Shown here piece after piece: positions 37,493 through 49,750 of a stretch of 64,000 nucleotides of DNA (positions are counted from its first letter, which is position 1; every line of letters starts with the position of its first letter). The DNA lies in NCBI RefSeq assembly GCF_964355755.1, contig NC_092672.1, positions 9,920,001 through 9,984,000 of the forward strand, written 5' to 3'. The stretch is from Antedon mediterranea. Taxonomy: Eukaryota > Animalia > Echinodermata. Under the pieces are notes generated by a model that was given only the letters and a program-made list of their open reading frames with translations, did not search any database and was not told where the DNA came from. The translations under genes were made by a program, and so were the position numbers.

Positions 37493-38789
37493 AAGGAAAG
37501 TATATTAATTATATGTTCCAAAAGCGGGTGTTTTATTACATATTGAGAAAATGTAATAGTGCCAACATAATAAACAACAAACTTACATTGTTTCTATTGA
37601 TTAGTGCATCCGGCATTTTAAATCCACATACATAAATCGCGTTATAAACGACCTTAATGCGTTGGACAGATACAATCATGACGCGCGCATAATTATTGTA
37701 TGTGCGATTGTTACCAATAGCAATAAGTTCAAAAGTTGACGAGTGTCATCGTTTTTGTACAGTATATTATACATTAGCGTCGGCTGTACAGTTTCCATAG
37801 TAATATTGTGTACGCTTACCGTTTATTTACTACTTAGCTAGTATCCTGGCGTCATCATTACAGAAATGAGGTCATTATTACATTGCAATAGACATTTTGA
37901 AGTCTAATTTACAAAATGTAAAGTAGTGTGGTTTAATATTTGTCTCAGTCATTGGCCGTTTACAGTAATTATAATATAATTGGTTAGGCCTCTACTGGCG
38001 TTGAACCTTTTCCTTAAAGTAAACGTCTTCAGCACACCATGGAATGTGTTAGTCACATTAATAAGCCTATTATAAAGAATTGCCATTTTCATAACATGTA
38101 CATTGTAATAGACATCTTTTGGTGATAATGAGCTTTTTTCAACATCATTCAATGAGTAAGTGATTTGACCAATAACGACTAGATGAATCTGAACTTTCGC
38201 TTGACATTTTTTCATTTTCATTTATTTTAATATCGTCATCGCAGCCTTAGCTGAATTACAAAGATATTTACATATTCTCAATATTCCAATGTGTGTAAAA
38301 GAATAAAACCAATGGTAATTATAATATAAAAAAGGATGCAATTGACATCAGAATTGCGACATTGCGTGGCGTCACGTCGTTGCGTTGCCTCAAAGATGAA
38401 ACCAAGATCTACCCTCACCTAGAAAATGTCAGTGTTGGATTTAATTGCCACAGGTGAATGTTATGACCACGTGGTATATTTCTTTAAATATTCACACAGT
38501 ATTATAAAGTTACTATAAGTATACGTTTAACACCTATTTGATACCGTAGCCAATGATTAAAATTATAGCCGTTATGGCAAATTCGAATGAACGCATGACA
38601 ACATTTATCACATTCTAATATAATACCAATCATTTATTATTAGTTTGCTCATCCAAGTCAAGGCGTCGAAGGAGTCGATGTCATTTTTTAAACTGACCTA
38701 GTTTAATCCACATCATCTCCTTTAAGAAATAACTTAAACTGAACGAGAAGCTTGCCAAAATATAGTTTAACGTGTTTTTCTTATTACTT

Positions 38790-38834
38790 AAACAAGAGGG
38801 CACACTCGCTTCGTTCGTTTAAGTGTGCACATAA
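38790..38834 (-). mobile_element. Minimal hairpin element (HINE-like terminus)
   Basis: AAACAAGAGG-GCACACT-cgcttcgttcgttta-AGTGTGC-ACATAA. It has the same AACAAG/CTTGTT end as the HINE-like copies. Confidence 0.4.
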
Positions 38835-39019
38835 TTGTAATATTGTCTCGAGTTAACTTAACCTCGGGAATACAAGTGAATTTCAAATAACCACCTGTAT
38901 AATCAATACAATAAAATTGAACCACTCTAAACGCAACGTTAATTGATAGTATAAAAATACATACGAAGTACGTTTAATATTTTAAAATTATATTACTTGG
39001 GTTGCCGCGAGAAGGCTCA

Positions 39020-39053
39020 AATCCGGAAGTGACGACGGCGAATCCGGAAGTGA
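39020..39053 (+). promoter_or_regulatory. Tandem ETS/GABP-type sites (AATCCGGAAGTGA x2, 21 bp apart)
   Basis: The identical 13-mer occurs at 39020-39032 and 39041-39053 in a small CpG-rich patch. CCGGAAGTG is the canonical ETS site. Confidence 0.4.
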
Positions 39054-41958
39054 TTATGAACAGAATAACGGTACTTTTAGCGATTAATTCTTCCATGGAG
39101 CGATTAGTGTACGCGACGGAATTGGAAATTAGAAAACACTATGTTGTCGTTCTAACAGACATTGAATAGTACAAACTGCCCAAAATCAAATAGAGCGGTA
39201 TTTAACAACGATTTTAGAAATTATATTAATTCAGTCACCACAGAAAAAGCATTCCTTCTGGGTAAGCAACATACATGCGCCATCGTTTTCTATACTAATT
39301 ATATACACTTAAGGCGTACTGTACTTTCATTGCAAAACAAAATACAAATTTTTCTCAAAAACCCCAACATCATAATCATATATATTTTGCTTCCATCATT
39401 CATAATTTCAATATTTCAGCAGAACCCACGCTATTATATCATGATCGCGGATGAATATTAATGTAATGAGTTTCGCCTAAAGGCATTTGCATAAGTGTAA
39501 ATTGGTTGTTAGGTAGAGCTAATGTACTTTACTATCGTGTTTATTGTCAGATAGGGAATTTCACACGTTGTCGGGAAAAATGTGTATCATAATAATTATG
39601 TGAATAGGCCTTTATCATATTTTAATATTAAATTCAATATTATTTCCGCACACAGTTTATACATGGTATATATTTTTTTTATCTATTTTATTTAATACTT
39701 TATTTATATCACGATCATCATTTTTTTTAAAAGTATATTTTGTTGTTACAAAATTCATTTTCGATAGAGGGCGCTTTATTGATAAAACTCGAGTTTTATA
39801 AGTAATACTTAAGTCGTACTCAGAAAGTGAATAGAATTATTACTGTGTATTATAACCGACAATTTCAATTAGAAATTGAAGTTTTATAAATATTAAAGTA
39901 AGTTTTGTAATTATTGAAATGAATTACTGTTACGTCTTGATTACATTTAGTATTAAGTTTCAAACTACACATTATTCTACTAAATGAAATATCGCTCCTA
40001 ATTCGTCATATTTACAGCGTTGATTAATACGTCAAAAGTCAATAGGCGGTAAAAACGTGATGTGAAACAAGGCTCTTAAGCCGTCGTGTCCACAGTGTAC
40101 AGTATCATTGATGATAGCTTAATAGAAGACGATCAACGAGTATGCTTTTAATTTCCAAGCTTCACTGAATCAATGGTGTATGATATTGATCCTTTTCGCA
40201 CTTAAGAATAGCAATGTCTTGCGAGGTCGTCACTACGTCAGTCGTGTCTATGGTTTACATTTTACTTAATTCCATCCATGACATTATTTGTAGCCTACCA
40301 TTTGCACTAATAAACATTATTCTTATATTTTCCGATTCCATCTGTTTAGCAATAATAATAATAATATATTATCCGTTTCTCTATGTTTCGAGATTCAACA
40401 TGAACAATGAAATGACAATTTTTGAATTGATTAGGCTAAGCCCATTTTCTTCTTTAATCCCACGAACCCACTCGACACCTTACACCTTTAATCTGCTTGT
40501 CATTCTATACTAACATTCTCAAATGCTCCTTGTTTCGATTTATTTCGAGTATTTACCGACCAATTTACAATTTGCTTATCACATTCAATTGATATAACTC
40601 TAGCGGATTATACTAATTTGGAAGATAGTATGCAACCTGACCATTCACTTGACTTTAATTATAAAACAGCTTGAATTTTGCTTGGCCTTGTGTTTATAAT
40701 TGGTTTGACTGTTAATATTCTGGTTACAAACTTGTGTTGCCAACTTCTCTTTCTTATTGGAAAACAAAATCCACTTCTATCAGGTCTACGATTCCTCACA
40801 ACAAACAAATAATTTGGCAAGCATATTCAGAATTCTTACTATTTATTGTTTCTTTAAATTAATAACATTTAAAATGAATAAGAAATTGGTAATTGTCCTA
40901 GACTACTATATGCTTGGACCGATAGAACGAAGAAATAGTTTCAGTTTATTTTACACTTGTACCGTAATTATATCATTGTTATTGTTGGTTGTCGTTAAGT
41001 ACAAGTAGCCTATGAGAATAGTCGTAGGCAATAGTTGATAAAATAATGACTTGGCAACTGAATGTCTATCTTATAATATACCATTATCAAAATATTCGAT
41101 AGATTATATAAAAATTATTTAGAATTCTATAGAATGCTGAAGAATTCTCAGTGGTCAATACCGTTTTAAAGTCTGGTCACTTTTTCAGGTAAAATGACAC
41201 GTGTATCCATCAAGTGTGGTTTGTCATCATGTAAGCTTCTCCATACTGTTTAGTTAGTCCTATCATTTGTGTCCTCCAAACTACACGGTAGGTTCAGTTT
41301 ATCCCGTGGTTTCATTAATTATTGATGAATCTCAAACCGGTCTTTACTCCCTACATCCATAGCGAATGAATATAAATATCAGTATGTGCTGGTAATCATA
41401 ATAGAGCTACATGCTATTATATAGTAATTAAACATCGCAGTGATTAGAATCAATGACATATCCCTCCCCCAACGCTAAATTTCAGGTGGGGTTGATAGAG
41501 ATTCACAGGTGCAAGCTAAGTGGGTTATCCCGGCTAGCTACAGGCTGCTTCTGCTCGTTTCATGAAACATCATTGCGGTAACGCATACATGTAACTTCGT
41601 TTTAATTTGAATAGATCAGTTTCAACTTAAATTTCAATTTATTTTTACCTGAAAACTTATGCATGTAAAATTGTATCTAACAAAAGGACTTGTGCAGCTA
41701 TATAAACAGATACACAAGCTGTACCGGTATTTCCAACAGTATAAAACATATTAATACTTCTATTGAAAGAAATATATATTTGGACAGGCATAAGGAACTA
41801 TATGATATACTGGACATTAATTAATTTATAAACGATGAGGAAATCTATCACAATATAGGCTATAGGCTACCTACGCGATTCTTTAAGAAATGATTTAATG
41901 AAAGAGGAATAAGCAGGTAAAATAATCTTACACAGCAAACACTTGCGTTGCGCTTTAA

Positions 41959-42319
41959 AGGCCAATTTACACTAGGACGCTAACGATCGACGATAAATAG
42001 ATAGATATACATTTTTCATACATAAAACAAATGAAATCTAGAACTATTGGAGAACCATAATAGCCTATGCTGTATAATAAAATGACGTCATGATCAGTAA
42101 GAGCAATACTATCGTGGCAATACAACGATGTTATTGTTTTTATAGATCATGACGTCATTTGATTGGATTTAAAAAAATATTATTTTTATCAATGGCAGCA
42201 TAAATGATTTTCATGTAGTTCTAAAACGAAAACTTTTCCAATTTATTTTGTTTCATGTAAGAACAATGTATGTTTATCTATTTATATTCGATCGTTATCG
42301 TCCTAGTGTGAATTGGCCT
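41959..42319. mobile_element. 361-bp palindromic MITE (TWA-flanked) inserted into an older AGCTTGGTT-type MITE
   Basis: TIRs AGGCCAATTTACACTAGGACGCTAACGATCGA / TCGATCGTTATCGTCCTAGTGTGAATTGGCCT. The flanks rejoin as ACTTGCGTTGCGCT|TTACGTCGTTG...AACCAAGCT, matching 56241-56284. Confidence 0.9.
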
Positions 42320-42359
42320 TTACGTCGTTGAGTTGAGTCCCAGTAGAAACCAAGCTTTA

Positions 42360-42461
42360 AGCGTGCTTCCCATTTGGACGTACGCAACACAACGACGCAA
42401 CTCAAGTGAGTTTATCGATCGCAAGCGACTGTTTGGTGCGCTCACGTCTTTGCGTTGCGTC
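42360..42461 (+). mobile_element. Decayed AGCGTGGTTCCCA-group MITE abutting the host element
   Basis: AGCGTGCTTCCCATTTGGACGTACGCAACACAACGACGCAAC... begins right after CCAAGCT-TTA. Confidence 0.65.
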
Positions 42462-42979
42462 AAATTGTGTATTAATAATTGTCCGTCAGACAGGTTGCCA
42501 CTCCTAACAACTAATAACCTAGTACAGTAATTAAGTTTAAGCATATTCAATCGCTCCAAGTCATCTACAACTCGTGGAGAAATTTAAACGGATTTAGCGA
42601 TAGTCCAGAGGCGGCTCCTAATGAACTTAACAGAAATGAAGTTAACAGAACCTAGACGGTGCTCGACCTTACCAACATTATAGACAGCCTGACCACAATT
42701 ATTATAATAATGTGTCATATTTAATTATTTTAATAACGTTAGCTGTCATTCCAGGGGTAAAACCTAGTTCGAGTAAATAGCTTTCAATACAAAAATATTG
42801 TATTAAAAAATACGTTATGAAATAATAATTACAAATAAATTATGAATTACAATTAATAAAGCCCTCTGTGTTTAAAGCAAACAACATTATATGGCACACA
42901 AACTTGTAAGTGGTTCTTACAAGTTTTAAAATCGTGGAACTCGCGTAAGGAAATTCAAACACGTTTAATATTTTAAGGT

Positions 42980-43240
42980 AGGCCTACATAATCAGAGTGT
43001 GCCTTGTCACTTTCTCACCACTTGCATTCAACGAGAGATCAACGTAATAATCAGGAGTGCTGACTTTGTAGCGGTAGTACTAAATACCCTATAGCATGCT
43101 GTTTATTAAGTGCCTCAGAGGTTCTCTGACACTTTCCATGTTTATTCGTTAAACTATATCTAATTGCATTATTATAATTCTATCCGATTCATCATCTTTA
43201 TAATTGCTCTGACATTAAGAAGACCTATGTTATATAGGCC
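42980..43240 (-). pseudogene. Decayed LINE (L2/CR1-group) APE-endonuclease N-terminus
   Basis: The minus strand reads YNIGLLNVRAIIKMMNRIEL (cf. motif I, IGLLNVRS..NK) and then, after frameshifts, QLDIV.LT..TW (cf. DI..LTETW). The distal boundary is approximate. Confidence 0.5.
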
Positions 43241-44082
43241 ATATTCTTCCATCATAGTGTGTATGATAATTGGTCTTGATATCCAATTTGCACAGATTTT
43301 ACAACTGTTATAGTGAGCAAATGTGTTAATAGGCAACTGAATACCAACTTTGTTGATATGCCACTCTTGCATGTTGCTGAATGCGCATTGTTTAAATTTT
43401 AGGAGAAACGAAATAAAGCTCATCTACCATAGTATACTACCACTAGTAATCATAGCATTATGACTATTTTCATTATATGACCATCACCACCACCTCTGTA
43501 CATCTAAACACTCTACACGAACCGTTACCAATAACATGCATACAAAGTAACTAATAATACACCAGACTTTTATCTAGATGACTGTCAATAGTCAGTTACA
43601 ACTACTTAGAGACAGCAATAGCAGAATCGGGTACATACACAAAACTTTATAATCAACATTATTAGGTAATTGCAAAGAACAGGCGAACATAAATGGGTAT
43701 AGAACCATAACAAACAGCTTGGGGGCGCTAATTTATGTGTGTTATACACAGTGCCTTCTGAATGATTATAGTTTAACCTCATGTCCACACAGTGTGGACA
43801 GTATGTGTACTCGCTAGGCCCATACTTAAGGCTAAAAAAAAACGCCGTTTTTTGATTTAATTAAGTTAAATTAAGTACTACATACTTATTAACTCCATCA
43901 CTACCCAGCTCGATCATTGTTTGTGACGTCATTGTGACAAATTTCCTTCTGTTGTTCTATGCGCATGTGCGCAGATGGCTACTTTGGTATTATTTGTCAT
44001 TACCAATCAGTTGATTCTTCCTAGTCTAGGTTCTACACAGGGTGTGTTCAGATTAAAATCGAAAAGCCGACTGGTGGACTAA

Positions 44083-44114
44083 CATAAACCAGCATAACAT
44101 CTCCCTGCATAAAC
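44083..44114. mobile_element. Excision footprint (CAG...CTCCCTG) with 7-bp direct repeat CATAAAC
   Basis: CATAAAC-CAGCATAACATCTCCCTG-CATAAAC. The family and direct repeat are the same as at 6543-6576. Confidence 0.6.
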
Positions 44115-46487
44115 ATAGATAATAATTACAGACTTATGGGCAAGTCTAGATTATACCGTGCAAGTTATTAATTATAACACGACTTATTACATGATATTAA
44201 TATAAAATAAATGAAATCAGAGTTGATGAAGCGCCTACCTGCTAGTGTTATTCCCGTCCTCATTGGATTATGCAACAAAACATGCAAATACTACTTTTGA
44301 AAAGTAAAGTGCTTGAATCATGTTTCAATTTTGACTATTAGATTACTTTGTACGCTGGCAACTCGTGGACGTAACAATCACTGGGTAATCGGCATTCCTT
44401 TAAATGCTCATAATCGAGTTGTTTAAAAGCTGTTTCTGAAAGAGGATATCTGAAAATTGCTCCGGTCATGAATGTTTGAACCAGATTATCATTCTATCTA
44501 TCAATTCACCACTCGTGGACGATGATAAAGTTCCAGTTATCATTTTCTGTTAATAAGCCTATAACATAAATGAAATGAAAAGGAAAACCAGTAACGACAG
44601 AAATATTATAAGGGATTCTGAGTCGTTTTCTTTTGAAGAGTATTAGCAGTAATAATACTATCCGTTTCTCTGTACTGCATCTAAAATACGAAATTGTTTG
44701 ACCAAAAAGTTCCATGTATTCCTTGGCCTACTATGGAATTATTTATTGTAGTTAACAGCGTCACATTGACATTGGTATTATGAAACAAGCACAGTTTGCA
44801 TGCTTATGCAATAGGCCTACTGGTGCAATGGAAGATGTCTTTATTTATATTCTAAAAAGTTGTACCATATCGATAATCACCCACAGAAATGAGCAAAAAA
44901 TGTATAATTGTAGAGTAGGGTAATATCATAATGGATGTGATACATATAATCAGCAGTATGACAATTTTTTAAGAATTCTTTCTAAAAAGAACATATTCTT
45001 TCTACAGTAAAATGCAGACAGAAGATTGACATATGATAGAACAGACTGTAAAATACGAATACACTATGTCCTATAAAACTACTATATAGTAGAAGTATTC
45101 ATATTATTAACCTACTAAATAAAACACTATGTTCTCTTAAACAAGCGCTTCGTATTCCCACTAGCTAAAATAGGTTCTCAAAGTTTAAATCATAGTAATG
45201 GAGAAATCAAGATGGCGACTTGTGAGGTAGACACACCATACGATTTGGAAATAAGTCTCTATTTTTTACTGCACTAAATCAATGTAGCGATATAGCACGG
45301 TAGCAGTTTAAATTAGGCATAAATAATGTCCAAAATACTTGCGATAAAAAAAAACTCATCAATGAATATTAAGCAAAAAAGCTGAAGATTTCGGAGGATT
45401 TCTCTGCTGGACAGCAAGTCAATGGGTCATAAAACGATCATTATGTTTTGTTTTTATTAGTATTTAAACTCACTCTGCAAGCAACTTCCCTGGTGCTTAC
45501 ATATTTACGGTAACTGTGTTTATGCAGTATGTTGCCTAAAATGGATAACGAGATTACCTTTTCATACAATTAATGTCGACTTAATGTATTATTCTTCTGT
45601 AGGTGTAGTGGAGACATTTATAATAAGCAATGTTATGTAAAACACTGCTAACCTTTATATAGAAATGTGTGCTATAAAATGATAATTTTAAATTTAATTC
45701 TAAAACGAGGTCTATGCACGTTATCCCCTCTTCTGCAGTAAAATACTTTCTTATTTCTGACGAGAAATGCAAGAATCGGGTGAGTTCAGACATCATTATT
45801 ATGAGTAGATTTAGAAAATAAAACTCAATTTTTCATTTCAATTTAATTTGCTTGTTATTTAAACATTGACGACTAAGTATATTTAATTTGAATTTAAATA
45901 GAACTTTTTTAGCAACTCCCACATCAATAACTTCTAACCAATGGAAACACTGCAATACTATAATGTTCTGCATTACTGGATAATCAACATGCCAATAATA
46001 ATTTAGTCACGTGATTATTAATCTATTGAAGCACGAGTATAGCGTCTATACACGTGATACATGTCTTGATAGATTCTCGTTATTGCTGTATATCGGTTCG
46101 GCTATATGAACAGAACGTTGAAAACAAATCGGTAATTATCGTTTGAAACGGTAGACGTCCGGATGACGACGCGAATCGTGAAACAACATCAGTGATTAAA
46201 AAGACACTTTAACAAATTAAATACTTACTATTAATGCTCAGTAGTAGGCCTAATGATTTTTTGTAGGAAATTTGATTCAAGGTATCACCCGTTAGGGTTT
46301 ACAGTGCTTTCAGATTAATAAGAAGCTTGTGCTTTTCGATTCTAAAAAATGGCCTAACGCGCATGTACGTTCTTGTATTTTCATAGTTATTATTACATTA
46401 AGGCTGTAAACTTGTATTTTTTTTTTGTCAACTGAAGTTACAAGCACATGAGACAGTTTGCTCGTTTCAAACCAATAACTTGCCTTA

Positions 46488-46798
46488 AGCCCTGTCTACA
46501 CTATCAAACTAGATTGACAAAAAATGTGATGTGTCCAAATACGGTAGATGATATGCCCACATATGGTAGTGATATGACATCGTCATGTCCATATGTGGGC
46601 ACATCACATGCTTGATAGTGTAGACAGTGTCTTAAGCTCTGTATACACGATCAAACTAGTTTGACATCAAAACTGTGATGTGTCCAAATATGGTAGTGAT
46701 ATTCCAAAATACGGCAGTGATATGCCATCATCATGTTGTCCATATATGGGCACATCACATTTCTTTGTCACATACAGTTTGATAGTGTAGACAGAGCT
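46488..46798 (+). mobile_element. Two head-to-tail copies of a ~150-165-bp TWA-flanked MITE
   Basis: TIR AGCYCTGTMTACACKATCAAACT / AGTTTGATAGTGTAGACAGAGCT. Copies lie at 46488-46632 and 46635-46798, with TTA at both outer ends and at the junction. Confidence 0.9.
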
Positions 46799-47527
46799 TT
46801 ACTCGAACCATACTATTTATCGTTGCTGGAACAAAGCATGACGGTGTGATATTATATTATACGACTCACCACTTGATATTTCTTAATAATAATGAACGGA
46901 TTCAATATCTCCTATTTGATGCAGTTGAAAGAACACTGACGATGCGATAGATAGAATTTACATAACTTGAGAGTTAAGTTACAACCCCCATCGTAAACAG
47001 GTTTATGTTTATCTTAGACAATTCAAATGAATAATATGCCAGGCGCTGGGTTAATTCTAGTATTGTTATTCTTTTAACAACAACAGTTTTTTATATTTTC
47101 ATCTTCAATTTTATTCCAGTAGTAAACAAAAAAAATTGCTATGTTAATAATAACAGAACATTAAAATATTTTTCCATATTTGGGCAATATCCTTACCACC
47201 ATTGTTTCCCGTTTAATGTGTCTTTTTCTGATACCATAATGTTTTCCTCTTAACAATAAGTATTCCCTGGTATTAACGTAGGAAATTTAGCGCTCTCAAT
47301 GGTTTATTATGACTTTATACTTATTGTAGACGTCTTTTCACCATTATTCAATATCGTTTGCACAGCATGTTTAAGTTGTAGTGTTGGTGATAAATGAAAG
47401 ACAATCACCTAGGCTAAAAATATGCTTCAATACCATCACCACGCATATGTACAGTAGGTGGTTAGGTGCAGACACCTGTGTTTCCTCCTTGTATGAACCG
47501 CGATTATCCAGTCATCATTAACCACAT

Positions 47528-47987
47528 TTATATAACACCTAAATAAATTCCTGTCATTTGATTGCACGATTGCGGGTTACATGACGTGCAATAGTACATT
47601 GCGCACTATTAAACGATATTTAATAGTAACTTCTTTCGTGTACAAAAACAATTTTTTCGCGTTTAGAATATATTTGTTTATACTATTGCTTTTGAAATAA
47701 AATAGCGCCACCTATTTTGAACTTTTGCCGTAAAATGACTGGTATCGCGATGGAAGTACATTTTTGGAGAGATATATGAACTAATTTAGATTAAAAAGGC
47801 ATTTTAATTAGCTTTAGATCGTTTGTAGGATTTTGATCTCTACAAGACGTGGAATCGAAAAAAACAAAATTAGCCTAGATGAGTTCCAGTTGCCTGTCGA
47901 AGTTTCTGCTGCATTTCAGCCTAGCTAGTATTCCTAGGCATGGGTCTGTTAATATTAGGCTAGGCCTAGACGTTTTATCCTTGCTAG
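47528..47987 (+). mobile_element. 5' part of a non-autonomous hairpin-ended DNA element (same head as 49067)
   Basis: TTATATAACACCTA.ATAAATTCCTGTCATTTGATTG.ACGA.TG.GGGT.ACATG.CGTGCAATAGTAC is shared with 49067-49136. It runs directly into the 64-bp satellite. Confidence 0.7.
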
Positions 47988-49066
47988 CATCATTCACCTC
48001 ATGCCATTATTGTACCATTACATTCATAGGTATTCATTATTTGTAACCATTCATCATTCACCTCATGCCATTATTGTACCATTGCATTCATAGGCATTCA
48101 TTATTTGTAACCATTCATCATTCACCACCATTATTGTACCATTACACTCATAGGCATCCATTATTTGTAACCATTCATCATTCACCTCATGCCATTATTG
48201 TACCATTGCACTCATAGGCATTCATTATTTGTAACCATTCATCATTCACCTCATGCCATTATTGTACCATTACACTCATAGGCATTCATTATTTGAAACC
48301 ATTCATCATTCACCTCATGCCATTATTGTACCATTACACTCATAGGCATTCATTATTTGTAACCATTCATCATTCACCTCATGCCATTATTGTACCATTG
48401 CATTCATAGGCATGCATTATTTGTAACCATTCATCATTCACCTCATGCCATTATTGTACCATTACACTCATAGGCATTCATTATTTGTAACCATTCATCA
48501 TTCACCTCATGCCATTATTGTACCATTACACTCATAGGCATTCATTATTTGTAACCATTCATCATTCACCTCATGCCATTATTGTACCATTGCATTCATA
48601 GGCATTCATTATTTGTAACCATTCATCATTCACCTCATGCCATTATTGTACCATTGCATTCATAGGCATTCATTATTTGTAACCATTCATCATTCACCTC
48701 ATGCCATTATTGTACCATTACACTCATAGGCATTCATTATTAGTAACCATTCGTCATTCACCTCATGCCATTATTGTACCATTACACTCATAGGCATTCA
48801 TTATTTGTAACCATTCATCATTCACCTCATGCCATTATTGTACCATTGCATTCATAGGCATTCATTATTTGTAACCATTCAGCATTCACCTCATGCCATT
48901 ATTGTACCATTACGCTCATAGGCATTCATTATTTGTAACCATTCGTCATTCACCTCATGCCATTATTGTACCATTGCATTCATAGGCATTCATTATTTGT
49001 AACCATTCATCATTCACCGCATGCCATTATTGTACCATTGCATTCATAGGCATTCATTATTTGTAA
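47988..49066 (+). repeat. 64-bp tandem satellite, block 1 (17 units)
   Basis: Unit CATCATTCACCTCATGCCATTATTGTACCATTRCAYTCATAGGCATTCATTATTTGTAACCATT. Units start at 47988, 48052, 48116 (a 60-bp unit), 48176, then every 64 bp to 49008. Confidence 0.97.
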
Positions 49067-49367
49067 TTATATAACACCTATATAAATTCCTGTCATTTGA
49101 TTGGACGAATGTGGGTCACATGGCGTGCAATAGTACGCACTATTCAACGATCGTTAAATAGTACTTTTTGAAACATTTTTGTTTGTTATTTAGATGTTAT
49201 ATAAAACAAATAATGAATGTTTTGTATTCGTGTAATGGTACAAATAATGGCACTTGGTGAATGATGAAAGGTTATATCAACTCGGCTTTGCCTCGTTGAT
49301 ATAACCTTTCATCATTCACCTCGTGCCATTATTTGTACCATTGCACTCATAAACATTCATTATTTGT
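49067..49367 (+). mobile_element. Compact non-autonomous DNA element: short inverted pair followed by a long terminal hairpin
   Basis: TTATATAACACCTA (49067) / TAGATGTTATATAA (49191-49204) form an inverted pair. A ~75-bp-arm hairpin follows (49206-49281 / 49295-49367) with loop TCGGCTTTGCCTC. Confidence 0.8.
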
Positions 49368-49370
49368 ATA

Positions 49371-49750
49371 CCATTCGTCATTCACCTCATGCCATTATTG
49401 TACCATTACACTCATAGGCATTCATTATTTGTAACCATTCATCATTCACCTCATGCCATTATTGTACCATTGCATTCATAGGCATTCATTATTTGTAACC
49501 ATTCATCATACACCTCATGCCATTATTGTACCATTACACTCATAGGCATTCATTATTTGTAACCATTCGTCATTCACCTCATGCCATTATTGTACCATTA
49601 CACTCATAGGTATTCATTATTTGTAACCATTCGTCATTCACCTCATGCCATTATTGTACCATTACACTCATAGGCATTCATTATTTGTACCATTACACTC
49701 ATAGGCATTCATTATTTGTACCATTACACTCATAGGCATTCATTATTTGT
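49371..49750 (+). repeat. 64-bp tandem satellite, block 2 (5 units) ending in two 31-bp sub-units
   Basis: Units start at 49376, 49440, 49504, 49568 and 49632. ACCATTACACTCATAGGCATTCATTATTTGT then repeats at 49689 and 49720. Confidence 0.97.

Noticed and set aside
47988-49750. 64-bp periodic array resembling a CRISPR repeat+spacer period
   Set aside because: The whole 64-bp unit is repeated and there are no variable spacers. It is a tandem satellite.
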